Shown piece after piece: positions 1-13,335 of a stretch of 64,000 bases of DNA (its first letter is position 1; every line of letters begins with the position of its first letter). The translations under genes were made by a program, and so were the position numbers. The DNA is taken from positions 55,924,001-55,988,000 of the forward strand of contig NC_043013.1 of NCBI RefSeq assembly GCF_006345805.1, written 5' to 3'. Below the pieces are notes generated by a model that saw only the letters and a list, made by a program, of their open reading frames with translations, made no database searches and had not been told where the DNA came from. The DNA comes from Octopus sinensis (taxonomy: Eukaryota).

Positions 1-903
1 CTGCTGCTATAGATTCAAGGTAGATCATTATGCTAGTTCTAACTCTACCAAATTCAAGAACCTGTTTTGGTTACCCGTTAAGAGTTATTCATTTACATAG
101 CTATTGTCTTCGACAAAAACAGGCATAAATATTACATTTACCCATCTCCCCCCCTCTTCTCCGTTAACAATGTAAAAAAATGATATTCGTTACATTTCCG
201 TTTCTATTCTTATAATATCGAAGTTGACTTGTGGCTGATTCTACTGTCTGTTTGAAGAGTACAGTTTAGATCAATAAAATGGAGGCGGAGAAAAAGTATG
301 CTACAGTTTACCATTTCATCAAGGGAGTTCTTTATCAAAGAAAGACCATCTTAGCAGTGAAAGATTATATATAACATGGTCAGGCTTCTTCCATGTTGAA
401 TTGTATATCGACTGTTTGCTAGAATATTAGTCAATGTCTACAAAACTATTTATGAGGTTGCAGTAAAAAGTTCAGTTTGGTAAAAAATATGATTTTTTTC
501 CATTTGTTTTCTGACAATGTTTCATTTATTGCTGCAGCAGTCTTTAAGCCAGATTATCTTGCTATTCTGTCTGCAATTTAAAACCCAGTTTCTTCATAAA
601 CTTCCATAAAACAACAAAGAGAGATAGTTAGGATGAACAAAAGAATCTTCTTAGAACAAAGAATAAATTTCTATTTATCTAACATTCTTAAACAAGCTTA
701 GCCTCTTTTCTACTTCTCTAAAGAATTTGACTATTTTTATAGAAAAAGAAACAAAGAAGGAACCAACCATTTTCTAAGTCAGCCAAATAATCTGGGATAA
801 GTTAAAGAAATCATCTTTAAATGTTCCTTTGTATATAAAAAGTTTGAATGTATATTTGGTACTTTAAAAACTTAAATATGTACACCCACCCACACAAACC
901 ATA

Positions 904-905
<2 letters not shown>

Positions 906-952
<47 letters not shown>

Positions 953-968
953 CACACGCACACACACA
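906..968. repeat. (CA)n microsatellite
   Basis: Direct reading. Confidence 0.97.
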
Positions 969-1960
969 CTGTAGATATTCAATTGTATGTGAGCATGTAT
1001 CTATTGATAACAGGTTATAAATGAATGTGAATATATTCAATTATAAATTTGTATTTGGCAAGAAGGAAGAGAAAACCTACTTCACAGACAAAAGTTGTAG
1101 TTGTCAGAGAATTGTTCAATTGCGCAAAATATCTCAGATTTATGAAATGTTGTGAATTAGGAAATTTCTGACCATTCTCAAACATCAAAGAAAAACTAAG
1201 AACTTTCTTTCTCACTAAAATTCTATTAATAGTACATTATATATTTTGGGATTATATTGTTCTCAGCATTGGTTTCTGATAACAATTGCAGCAAAGTGAA
1301 GACTGAAGCTTCTCAAAGACGACTATAAGTAATCTCTGATGAAAGAAGGCGTCAGTGCTAATTCTTTTGTAGATCAGGACCAAAATGTTTCTCAATTGGT
1401 GTAGCTGAAAGTCATGATTTTAATTCACAGTTATAAACTAATAAGAATGGACTGATTGTAAACTTATAAGTCTTACTAATTCTATTTTATTCTTTCTTTC
1501 CTTCCTTTCTTCTTTTCAGATTCTTCCTTTCATTCTAGTTTTATGTAATTTTCCTTTTTCTCTCGTCTTTCTTTCTGTCTTTTTCTCTTTTTCCATTCTT
1601 TATTCACTAGATTTTTTTTGTCTCTTTTTGCTTCTTATTTTAACCAGAAGATAAGAAACCATCAGTACTAATGACATCTTGCAGGATCTCTGACACTGGA
1701 GGAGAAAAAGGAGGAAGAACATGGTTCTTTTATTATTGTCACAAGCAAGACCTGATCTAAATTCCTGCAACTGAGTGGACACTGCTACTGTCACCTGATA
1801 ACCAAGTAGCAGTGGTAAGCTAAGATTCCTTATGTATTTGCATAGTTTTTATAGGCAAACCCTTTAAAATAGCAAATGTGGAGAAAATATTCCTTTCAAA
1901 ACATTTTCAGACAATAACATGAAGACAGTTATTTTACAGGGTGACAGTGCTTCCAGTCTC

Positions 1961-2427
1961 TGTTACGGAAGGGAGGTAACCACTCCATACTGCATGCATC
2001 TACCAGTCTGGTTAGGGAGCACTGTGAGCTAACCTGCTGTATTTACTCCTATTTGTTGACAGAGAGAAATTTTCTCGATGACAAAGCAGAACAAATGGTT
2101 TTATTATGGGTTTGAATATGACTCAAGCAGATTTGAATTGGTTCATATCCTTCTCTACGTTGGATATACAGGTTTCCCAAAGAGGGGACAGACACAACTG
2201 TCTTCAAACGATGTACTTCAAATTACTCTACTGAACACAATACTCCAATAAATACAAAATCTCAATGATCTCAGCAACTTCCTACGACTTCCACGAAACT
2301 CTCAACAACCCACGACATCTGTTGTGTCTTCTCAACCAATATGCTACTCTTTAGAAGACTTTTGGCTAATCCATTCTTCCAATCCCACAGGAGTGTCAAC
2401 GACTCTCACCACAACAAATTGGTAACA
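1961..2427. mobile_element. Candidate solo LTR (467 bp)
   Basis: Begins TGTTAC and ends GTAACA (perfect 6-bp terminal inverted repeat, TG...CA). Flanked by agtctc / agtctg (5 of 6 match, possible TSD). Internal AATAAA near 2247. Confidence 0.4.
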
Positions 2428-3916
2428 AGTCTGTAATTATTTTAGTTTTTGGACCTTCTGCTGGTTCTCAACCAAGTGATGGATTATGTCTCCCACTCAA
2501 AATGCTCTTTTTTGTGACAACCAAATGGGTGGACTGTAAAATAAAACAACATTCAAAATCTTAGGGAGGCTTTTAAGGGCCAGTGCTAATATTTGGTTTT
2601 ATAGCATGAAGTGGGTGGGACATAAATCTCTTGCCAGACAATATTCTAGTCTCTGGAAGGGTAACAAATGTCCTGGTAGTTGTTCCTGACAGAAACTGAG
2701 ATAATGTAGGAAACAAACATTATCTGCTAAGAAATACTTGCTGGAGACTGGAACTCAGAAACTATGAGAAAATATACCTCAATTACTTAGATGCATTAAA
2801 AGATGAAGAATGGTGACTTCATTTCAAAGATGATGCTGACACTCAGTAAGAAACCAGATCTATTCTAGAGTAGCCATGATATGGGACACAGTGGAGGGAA
2901 CCTTTGGTGTTAAGTAGAAAGGTGAGAATTCTTTATGTGTTTTAGTCTTATTAGACTTCATCATTGAAGCATAGCCTAACCCTGACTGCAACTAAGCAAA
3001 GTATAGAATTTCTTTGTGAATAAACAGAGTGTGGTGTTATATATTTAGAAGGGAGATGCACCCAAGGATGCCTGCAGCATGGTTGTAAATATTAATAACC
3101 ATCATCATCACCATTTGACGTGACTGAACAATCTCAACCAGTTGGAATTCTCAGTACTGGTCGTACCAGTCATCTTTCGTATGTATATACACAAGCATAT
3201 ATGGACACAGGACATCACAGAAAGTAAACAACATGAAATACGAAAACAACAGGAAATGCGAAAATATGGAATACAAACTGGTTTTTTTTTTGGAAACAAC
3301 GAAAGAAACAAATGGAAAACACGACAAGCAACATAAAAAAAATAACCCTTCATCATTTGCCTGTTTTTCTACTTCGTATTTCAAGCAATTTACGACAAGA
3401 TATGTTTTCGACAAAACAGTTGCCCCCACAAATAAAATTGAATAACATTTGGGATTTTGTAGAGTGTCAAAGTTGATAATAAAAACAGGACAGTAGAAAC
3501 AAACAGGAAGGGCTGCTAAGCCTGAACGAGCTGAGTTGGCGAATGCAAAGGAACAAGCCTTGACAGGAGATAGACAAGAATGTGTCTTATCCTTGCGGTT
3601 GATCAGAAATAAAGAAAGAACTTCAAATAGGAAAAGAAAGATGGCTGATGGTCCTGTGCGAAAAACAAGAGAGCAAAGGCAGAAGAGTGAGGGAGAGATA
3701 GAGGGACAGACAGAGAACGGCGAAGGGGAGAGGAAAAAATTAAAGAAAGAATGAGAGAGGAAAAAACGAAAAGAGGAGAAGGGGAGATAAAAAAATTAGA
3801 GAAAGGAAGAGAGAGGAAAAAAAAGAGGGGAGGAAAAGAGAAACAGAAAGAGATAGGATAAGTGTTGCATCAAAATTATAAAGATAAAATTTACTTGGAA
3901 ATAGATGCGTGGCATA

Positions 3917-3968
<52 letters not shown>

Positions 3969-4533
3969 CGGTGCCCCAGCATGGCCACATAAGCTGAAAC
4001 TAGAATCAATCAATCAATCAATCATATACATATATATGTAAAGGTAAGATAGAAGGATCAAGGTGTAGGAAGTTAGTAAGCTTCAACTAGTCCATAGGAT
4101 GTATAAAATGCAACATTCAGTAAAAATAGTAATTTATTGGCATAGAAGGTTGATTTTTGATTTTGATTTTTCCAGTTTCAGCTTATGAGCTGTGGCCATG
4201 CTGGGGCACCGCCATTATTGTAAATTTTTGTTATATCAAATTGTAAATTTTTGTTATATCAAAGTTCAATAAGCTGAAAAAAATTATTTTACAGTTCACG
4301 GTTAGTGACTGGGGTTGCTATGGATGCAATAAAAAAACGAAATTTAGAGAATAGAGAAGGTAAAATCCAGGCTACATATGTTTCCTAACTAGCAGAGCCT
4401 TAGAAGCAGTAATCACTTAATCGAGTGGTACTCCGCTAGCTACTCAACAAACCAAAGACACCTTGGTCAAATGAAGGTTAGAGTGTCATCAAGAGATCTC
4501 ATGTTAACTCACAGGAGATTATATAAATGCGTG

Positions 4534-4571
<38 letters not shown>

Positions 4572-4729
4572 AATAAGGAAAAGCAATAGAATACTCCAGC
4601 TCAGTCACAAGTATTGACTCACAATCAACTTTAATTTCTTGTCTTACAAGTGTTCAATGTGGCCACCACCTGCAGAACAGGCGACATCAATGCAATAAGA
4701 GAATTCCTCCCAGACACATATCAGCATAT

Positions 4730-5038
4730 CACGTTCTTCTTGTGGGGATATGTAAAAGATTGCATTTATGTTCCACTGCTGTCCACTAACCCTGATGACC
4801 TTAAATATGGGATAACAACAACAATCAACTCAGTGGATCATGATATGTTGATACGCATCTGGGAAGAATTCTCTTATGGCATTGATGTTGCCCGTGCTGT
4901 AGGTGGTGGCCATATTGAACACTGGTAAGACAGGAAATAAAAGTTGATTGGGAGTAAATACTTGTGACTTAGCTGGAGTATTCTATTGCTTTTCTTATCA
5001 AAATATTGCGCAATGAAATCACTTTCTGAATAACCCTG
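4730..5038 (+). pseudogene. Tc1/mariner (IS630-Tc1-mariner) transposase C-terminal remnant with 3' TIR
   Basis: ORF 4650-4928 contains FFLWGYVKD..YVP....DDLK..I...I.SV..DML.RIWEEF.Y.IDVARAVGGGHIEH, the typical C-terminus of this family. It ends in a TIR-like ...ttctgaataaccctg at 5038. Confidence 0.8.
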
Positions 5039-5330
5039 TGTGCATATATATATATATAACCAAGACAGGCTGAGTATCTCAGGTAATTTAGAATATGTAA
5101 GTTGAATCAAAAGAGGAATAGAAGTAATTAGTTCTACTTCTCCATTTTGGATTCACCTTACTCAAATTAAATATTCTAAATGACCTGAGATACTCGGCCT
5201 GATTTGTTTTTTTTCCTTTTATTTTAATATAAACCAGCTGACTCAGAAGTCAGCTACGGATCCCTAGCTCCAAACTCTATGCAGCATACCTATTGGTTTA
5301 GATCATCAATGAACTAAACCCTTCATATTC

Positions 5331-5371
<41 letters not shown>

Positions 5372-5414
5372 CATTATATATATATATATATCATTATATA
5401 TATATATATATATC

Positions 5415-5479
<65 letters not shown>

Positions 5480-6494
5480 ATAATATATATATATATATAC
5501 AGCAAATAAGAAAATGGAGAGGATACAAAACGCCATACATCATCTGGTAGACATTTCCAGTGTGTCTATTCCAAAGCATTACAAAGTATTACAAGAAAAC
5601 TTACATATACAGTAACAATGTGTTACACACACATGTTAATATTACAGAAAAGAGCAAAAGATCAGTTCCTTATGGCCTACCAAACCTCTAACTCTCACAG
5701 ATATATATATATATATATCGTTTGGAGAAAGCATAAAACCAGAGAAGAAGCACATTGAGATGTAAAGCAGTTAATATTTTAATGGGGGAGGCCGGTTTAT
5801 GGGATTACACTGGGTTTCCTGTCTATAAGGGGTTTGGCCTTATTGCCATATATATATATATATATATTTATATATATCCATATACCCATTGTTTATTTGT
5901 AGTAGAGAAACATAAACATCTCCACACGTATGCATTCACACACATATTTACAGAGATATACAATACACACATACATATATACATACATATACAATACACA
6001 TACGTACATACATATATTTATATATATATATATATATATACATACATATATACATATATATATGCATACACATATGCACACACATATATATCCATTGTTT
6101 ATTTGTAGCCGAGAAATATGAATGTGCACGCAAACACCCCCTACATACACACACACTCGGTTGCACATATATAATTATTTTGATAATCTATTTTGTGTTT
6201 TATTGATTTTATTCTTAGAGAAAAGTTTCAATATTTCATCTTGCATCGGCCATCTTTGTGGTTGTCTGTTAAACCCTCCATTTTAATAGAATCTCTAAAC
6301 ATTCAATTTAAATGTACAGTTTATGTTATTAACAATGCTCTCTGGTGAATTTTCGGTTCCTTGACAATAATTATGTAGCTATCTGCCTAATTCAACAGTT
6401 TATTTATTTGCCACTTTCTGATATAACTGTCTGTTTTAACCATTTACTAAATAACTAATTTCAACATACACTCAATCAGCAGTTTTCTCATTAT

Positions 6495-6550
6495 TATGGT
6501 GGTTGTAACTGTTGTTATTGCTGTCGCTATTATTATTATTATTACTATTA

Positions 6551-6609
<59 letters not shown>

Positions 6610-6628
6610 GTTGTTGTTGTTGTTGTTG

Positions 6629-6708
<80 letters not shown>

Positions 6709-6736
6709 GTTGTTAATATTATTGTTATTATTATTT
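6495..6736. repeat. Compound (ATT)n/(GTT)n microsatellite
   Basis: Direct reading; source of the poly-N/poly-I/poly-L pseudo-ORFs. Confidence 0.97.
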
Positions 6737-7628
6737 AATTTCAAAACATTTTATTTACTAGTTTATTCTTCTCTAGATTTCCTTTCCTGCAGAGATATCA
6801 AAATAAATTTGTAAATGTTTATAAATTGATCAATATGTTTCATTAGAGATGAACAGAAATTTCTATGAAATATATTCATTGAAAACTTATGCCATTAACA
6901 AACATTCAACGATGTAAACAGCTTGCCTCATTCAAACATGGTTTATTTTCTAAATCCTATAATTTGATAGTTGATTGTATTATAGTCATTGTTACAAGCT
7001 CTGCTCTACAACCATAAATGTGGTTAAGTTAAAACCATTATTACATCGAAGCCAGCTATATTCAGCAGTACATTTGTTGCAGTACAGCAAATCTATCAAG
7101 ATTGTTCTTCAGTGAATGCGAGATAGTAATGTTCATATGAGCTGCTGCAATAAGATGACTGCTATCAGTGCTCCGATATGTAGCTCTGCCCTTTGTAAAA
7201 CGAAATATTTTATATCAGAGAAGCAGAGGTGATTTCAGGCAGGAAAATGTTAACGTCATAGCATAAAGGCATGAATGCCACACAGTCTCATTTCATTCCA
7301 TTTATACGACTTTCACTCTTTTGCTACTTTGCATTTTTATTCATTCCAGACAAAACATTGTGGCCATGCTGGAGTACTGTCTTGTAGTGTTTTAGTCAAC
7401 CATATTGCTGCTGGTGTTTATTTTTATCAATCTCTGTTTCAGTACTAAGTGACTGGACATAGAGACAAGTACATACAAACACAAACACATATATGTGCAC
7501 AAACACACACACACACACCACGTATATACATACATATATACATGCACTCTTACCAACATATATATCCATATATAAATATATACGTGCGTATGTGTGTGCA
7601 TATGTACGTATATATATATATATATATA

Positions 7629-8500
7629 CTAGCTTAAGGTGACCCGCTCTACGCGCGGGTGAGGGTGTGGTTGTTACTTTCTGTTGCTTCCTTTCTGTTT
7701 CTTATGGCCACATTCTTCCTCTTTGTTTCTCTCTCCTTTCTCTCTCACTTTCCCACTCTCTTACTCTTCATTTCTCTCAGACTTTCCCTCGCTTTCTCTT
7801 ACTCTCTATCTTTCTCTATCTCTCTCTCTCACATTTATAAACAACAAAAGATCTTGAGTAAGTTGAGAAAGGGAAATATTTTGAAAGATCAATCATAAAT
7901 ATCAGGCAGTGACAACGGAAAGGTCTGCTTCAAGGTAGACAGCAAAACACTAACATTTAAAAGGGACAGACGAACTTGCGAGCTGAATAAAAATAATAAA
8001 ATATTGGAAACCAAAGTTTGAAGGGATAGAATTTGAGGATAGTAGAGTCACCATGGCTGGCATTTCTTAACGACAGACAGCAACATAGTGGCAGTTTAAC
8101 GGCTGGCGTAAAATTTTGAACTTGATGTAAAAGAAAATTCGTAAACACCAAGTTTTGAAGTGATTCTTTCTCACGACAGTAGACTCACCATGGCAAGCAT
8201 TCAAAACTTCTTTATCATGGACGGCAACACATTGATGATTTAAAGGCTGGCACAAATTTTTTAGCTTGATGTAACAGAGAATTCCTAAACACCCGCTCCT
8301 CTAAATTTTAATCTTCTTTGAGCCCCATTTAGACCCCTTTTCACATTTTGGTCAATATAACCCGGTTTCATTCGAGTCTACTCGGGCCACATTTTATAAG
8401 ATGAGGAATTTTGTCCTAGAGGTCACGCCTTTCATTTAAGGAAAAAAATAGTTGTCATGCAAACTCGCCAGCACTTTTAACATAGGTGTGCATATTTTCA
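7629..8500 (+). mobile_element. Non-autonomous Helitron/Helentron-like element between (TA)n tracts
   Basis: Starts (TA)CTAGC followed by hairpin ACCCGC-tctacgc-GCGGGT (7642-7660). Contains two diverged ~135-bp internal tandem units (~8008-8290). Bounded by TA runs. Family assignment is by resemblance only. Confidence 0.4.
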
Positions 8501-8827
8501 ATATATATATATATAATATATATATAAATTAGATTAGAGATAAAACCACTATTAGGAAAATCAAACAGTGAAAAACATAAATCATATTTTATATATTTTG
8601 TATATTATATTTTTATTTTAAAAATATAATATACAAAATATATAAAATATTTAAATTATTTAAATTTAAAATTAAAATTATTACTTTATACATATAATTT
8701 AAAAAAAAATAAATATAACTATCAAAAAGTATTAAAAAGTTTAATATACATAAATACAGATATATACACTTTGTATATATACATATTTATATATACATAT
8801 TTATATATAGAACACACACACACATAT

Positions 8828-9341
8828 ATAAATTAACCCAATAAATATCTGATTCATAATATTTGTTCTCATGATTGTGTGGTGGTTGTGGCGATGATAA
8901 TTCTCTCTATGAATGCAGACAGATGTAGAGAGAGAGAGAGTGTGTGAAAGCGCTGTCGAAGGCAGGGAAGGGGGAGATATAGAACGCTGTGAAACGACAT
9001 CATAGATAGAAAGTGAAAGGAAGGGAGGTAGACGCTATGAAACGACGTTATAGATAGAATGTGAAAGGAAGGGAGGAAAGAGAGTGAGTGATAAGTCTAC
9101 TCTCATTCTTTTATGTATCTGTCTTCCTCCATCACTCACTCTCTTTCCTCCCTTCCTTTCAATTTCTATCTATAACGTCGTTTCACAGCGTCCTATATCT
9201 CCCCCCTCCCCGCCTTCGACAGCGCTTTCACACACTCTCTCTACTTCTGTCTGCATTCATAGAGAGAATTATCATCGCCACAACCACCACACAATCGTGA
9301 GAACAAATATTATGAATCAGATATTTATTGGGTTAATTTAT
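8828..9341. mobile_element. Foldback/MITE-type element with ~210-260-bp terminal inverted repeats
   Basis: 8828-9092 is the reverse complement of 9131-9341 (ataaattaacccaataaatatctgattcataat... / ...attatgaatcagatatttattgggttaatttat). Spacer is ~38 bp. The left arm has an extra 48-bp tandem duplication (8984-9077). TA-rich flanks. Confidence 0.85.
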
Positions 9342-9998
9342 GTATGTGTGTGTGTGTGTATCATCAGCACAATTGTAATCATCATCATCATCATCGACAT
9401 CATCATTAAACATCCATCCTTCATACTGACGTGGATTGGATGGTTTCACAGGGTCTGATGGGTTTCAGAACTGTTTCAGGCCTCCATGTCAGCCTTGTTT
9501 CTATGGCTGGATGACCTTCTAAAGTGCCAACACATTTACAGTGTGTCTTTGGTACTATTTTGGGGTGTGTGGGGAGGGGAAACCAGCACCACTGAGGTTA
9601 CCAAATAATTTGCAAGACAAAGTAAAGAAACGAAAAAAAAAGCCATCTCGTCTGAATGGGAATGTGTTTAAGAGAGGAGCAGATGGCTTTATGCTGGTTG
9701 CTCAAGGCCAGAATATGAGAGAACATGCATAAGTGTTTTGCTATACAGGGGATATATGGCTATGCTGCATATCATACAGGTTGGTGAGAGTAGGTGGAAG
9801 GGAGGCAAAGATGGTGGTGTGGGGAGAGCAGAGCCTACACTCAAGGTACAAGAAGGTGAATATGAAAGGGAATACAAACTGATTACCAGTAAGGAAAGGT
9901 GAGTAATTTGACAAGCATGTGGGAGGAGAGTGACAGATTGTTAGTGATTGGGATATGTGTATATATGTGTGTGTGTATGTGTGTATATATATATATAC

Positions 9999-10165
9999 AG
10001 GCACAGGAGTGGCTGTGTGGTAAGTAGCTTGCTAACCAACCATATGGTTCCGGGTTCAGTCCCACTGCGTGGCATCTTGGGCAAGTGTCTTCTGCTATAG
10101 CCCCGGGCCGACCAATGCCTTGTGAGCGGATTTGGTAGACGGAAACTGAAAGAAGCCTGTCGTAC

Positions 10166-10199
<34 letters not shown>

Positions 10200-10410
10200 T
10201 TGTGCGTCTGTGTTTGTCCCCCTAGCATTGCTTGACAACCGATGCAGGTGTGTTTATCTCCCCGTTACTTAGCGGTTCGGCAAAAGAGACCGTTAGAATA
10301 AGTAGTGGGCTTACAAAAGAATAAGTCCTGTGGTCGAGTTATTCGATTAAAGGCGGTGCTCCAGCATGGCCGCAGTCAAATGACTGAAACAAGTAAAAGA
10401 TAAAAAGATA
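9999..10410 (+). mobile_element. tRNA-type SINE, family A (full length)
   Basis: Head ggcacaggagtggctgtgtggtaagtagcttg...ggttcagtcccactg with A/B-box-like motifs, central ttgggcaagtgtcttct segment, internal (TA)/(TG) linker and tail ...gcatggccgcagtcaaatgactgaaacaag. More than 10 copies in the window. Confidence 0.85.
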
Positions 10411-10414
10411 AAGA

Positions 10415-10463
<49 letters not shown>

Positions 10464-11594
10464 CATATATATATACACATACATATATATAATATATACA
10501 CATGTACACATATACACAATAGGCTTCCATACAATTCTTGTTTCCTAATTTTACTTTAAACTCACCAGTCAGGCTGAGGATATTGTTGAGGACACTTACA
10601 AGATGATGTGTTTAATCACAGAGCAAACAGTTTTGAGATAACAAATTGTAACTGACTTGAACTCATTACAATAAATTATAACTAATTACCCTGCTCAACT
10701 TTGCTTGGATCAGTCTATGCAGTCAACAAACAGGTTCCAGTCTTTTCTTACTATAATAGTTGATTAAGGCAATGTAACACATTGAAATGGCCAAGTTATC
10801 AGAGCATGGAACAAAATGCCTTGTAATACTCGTTCTTGCTTCCTGCATTTTGAGTTCAAACCTCACTGCAGTCACCGTTACCTTGCACCATTCTAAGGTC
10901 TGTAAAGTAGAGTATTAGTCTACAGAGGTTAATTGGTGGAATTGTAAGGGATCATTAGAAATATCATTAGGATGCTGATTTTTAATGGAAGAACATTGTC
11001 TTGAAATTGGATGAGGGTGGGGTGGTTAGTTGATTAGACCCCAGTATATAACTGGTACAGCATGTTATTGACTCCAGCCTGGAATAATAAAAAATGAACT
11101 CAGTTTCTAAAATGGTTTTCATATGTTAGCTTTTGCTATTTCTTTGTGAAGTTTTTAAGGTGGTGAACTGGTAGAATCCTTACCATTTCAGAGAAAATGC
11201 TCGCCTCATTTTCTCCAAACTTTATGTTTTAAGTTCAGATGCCTCCGGGACTGACTTCACTTTTTATCCTTTCAGAGTAAATAAATTAAACAACACTTGA
11301 GCACTGAGACTCTCACTCATCCAAAACTTCAGGTCTTAGACCTACAGTAGAAAGAATTATTCTTCAGCAATTATTCTTCTGGATGAATTGCTTAACGGGT
11401 TTTTGCTTGTCATTCTGAGTTCAAATTCCACCAAGGTCAACTTTGCTCTTCATCCTTTCGGGTCTTTAAATTAAGCACCAGTGGAGTACTGGGGTTGATG
11501 TAATCGACTCAACCCCTCTCCCAAAATTTCAGGCCTTGTGCCTATAGTAGAAAGGATTATTATTATCATTATTATTATTATTATTAATAATAAT

Positions 11595-13015
11595 AGAGGT
11601 TGGGGTCCACCAGGGTTCAGTACTCAGCCCCCTCCTATTTATCATAGTCCTCCAGGCAATTGTGGAGGAATTCAAGACAGGCTGCCCTTGGGAGCTCCTT
11701 TATGCTGACGACCTCGCTCTAATTGCTGAGTCACTATCAGAACTGGAGCAGAAGTTCCAGGTGTGGAAGGAGGGTTTAGAATCGAGGGGCCTAGCTAAAA
11801 CCAAAGTACTGATAAGTAGAAAGGTAGACAATCCACAAATATCCTCAGGAAGATGGCCCTGCTCGATCTGTAGAAAAGGTGTAGGTAGAAACTCTATAAG
11901 ATGTACCCAGTGGAAGCTATGGACACATAAGAGGTGCAGCAATGTCAAAGGTAGGCTAACTGGGAAGATAGTTTTTGTATGTGGCAGATGCTCGGGAGCA
12001 TTGACCTCCGAAAATCTGCAGAAAACAACTTCCGTCACTTTCCGGGGGGAAAAACTAGAAGTAGTTGATAGCTTCCGCTATCTAGGTGACCAAGTCAGTA
12101 GTGGGGATGGGTGCGCTGAAAGTGTAACTGCTAGAATAAGAATAGCCTGGGCAAAGTTTAGGGAGCTCTTACCTCTGCTGGTGACTAAAGGCCTCTCGCT
12201 CAGAGTAAAAGGCAGACTGTATGATGCATGTGTACGAACAGCTATGCTACATGGCAGTGAAACATGGGCCGTGAGGAATGAAGCCAGTATGCTCCGATGG
12301 ATGTGTAATGTCAGTGTACTTACTCGACAGAGCGTTAGTACCTTGAGAGAAATGTTGTACCTAAGAAGCATCAGTTGTGGTGTGCAAGAGAGACGATTGC
12401 GCTGGTATGGTCATGTGGCGAGAATGGATGAAGATAGGTGTGTGAGAAAGTGCCAATCCCTAGCAGTTGAGGGAACCCGTGGAAGAGGTAGACCCAGGAA
12501 AACCTGGGACGAGGTGGTGAAGCACGACCTTCGGACGTTAGGTCTCACCATGGAAATGACTAGAGACTGAGACCTATGGAAGTATGCTGTGCGTGAGAAG
12601 ACCCGGCAAGACTAGTGAAGCCATATCCCATGGCCCCTACCTGGGACGTAGTCAGTCCACCTGTGCATACCTTCCTTATTGTGACACTTGAGAAGACCTG
12701 TTGAGGCAAGTGAAAATCAAAATAGATGTACATCAATGGAATTTGTATCCTATTTGTATCCTTTTATGGTACCATCTGAACATGACCGTAGCCAGTACCG
12801 CATTGACTGGCCTCCGTGCTGAGGGCACGTAACAAACACCATCCGAGAGTGGCCGTTCGCCAGCCTCGTCTGGCACCTGTGCCGGTGACACATAGGAAAA
12901 CACCATCCGAGCGTGGCTGTTTGCCAGCCTCGTCTGGCACCTGCGTCGGTGGCACATAAAAAACACCATCCGAGCGTGGCCGTCTGCCAGCCTCGTCTGG
13001 CACCTGCGTCGGTGG
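11595..13015 (+). mobile_element. 5'-truncated RTE-clade LINE (RT motifs, PHD-like finger, C-terminal domain, part of 3' UTR)
   Basis: Upstream codons read GVHQGSVLSPLLF. ORF 11662-12570 has LYADDLALIA, F.YLG and RRLRWYGHV.R...RGRGRPRKTW. About 63-bp tandem repeats at 12834-13013. Homologous to 47060-48120. Confidence 0.92.
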
Positions 13016-13119
13016 GCTGCACCTGCCTAGCTTGATTGCTATGACATTGAGGTAGATTCGGCCACCGCCCCCATTAATAGAAACAAAAGCACGGTTTAAA
13101 ACACTGGATGATGATGATG

Positions 13120-13335
13120 AAAGTGGTGAGCTGACAGAATCTTTAGCCGGCCAGACAAAATGCCCAATGGCGTTTCTTCTTACATTATGCTCTGAGTTCA
13201 AATGCCACTGGGATGGATTTTTCCTTTCATTCTTTTGGGGTTGATAAAATAAGTACCAGTTGAATACTGGGGTTAACATAATCGATTTATCCCTTCCTCC
13301 AAAATTGCTGGCCTTGTGCTGAAAGTTAAAACCAG
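13120..13335 (+). mobile_element. Family B SINE
   Basis: ggtgagctgacagaatc...ctgagttcaaatgccactggg...gataaaataagtaccagttg. Confidence 0.75.

Noticed and set aside
4217-4262. 23-bp perfect tandem duplication
   Set aside because: An ordinary slippage or repair duplication with no further structure.
5500-5700. Hammerhead in the TA-flanked fragment (gaaatgtc...cagatga on the minus strand)
   Set aside because: The motifs are in an order and spacing that cannot form stems I and II; only the shared 3' terminus with 44241 is retained as an observation.
6472-6814. Poly-N, poly-I and poly-L ORFs (also poly-K/poly-F at 58666-59016)
   Set aside because: Trinucleotide microsatellites.
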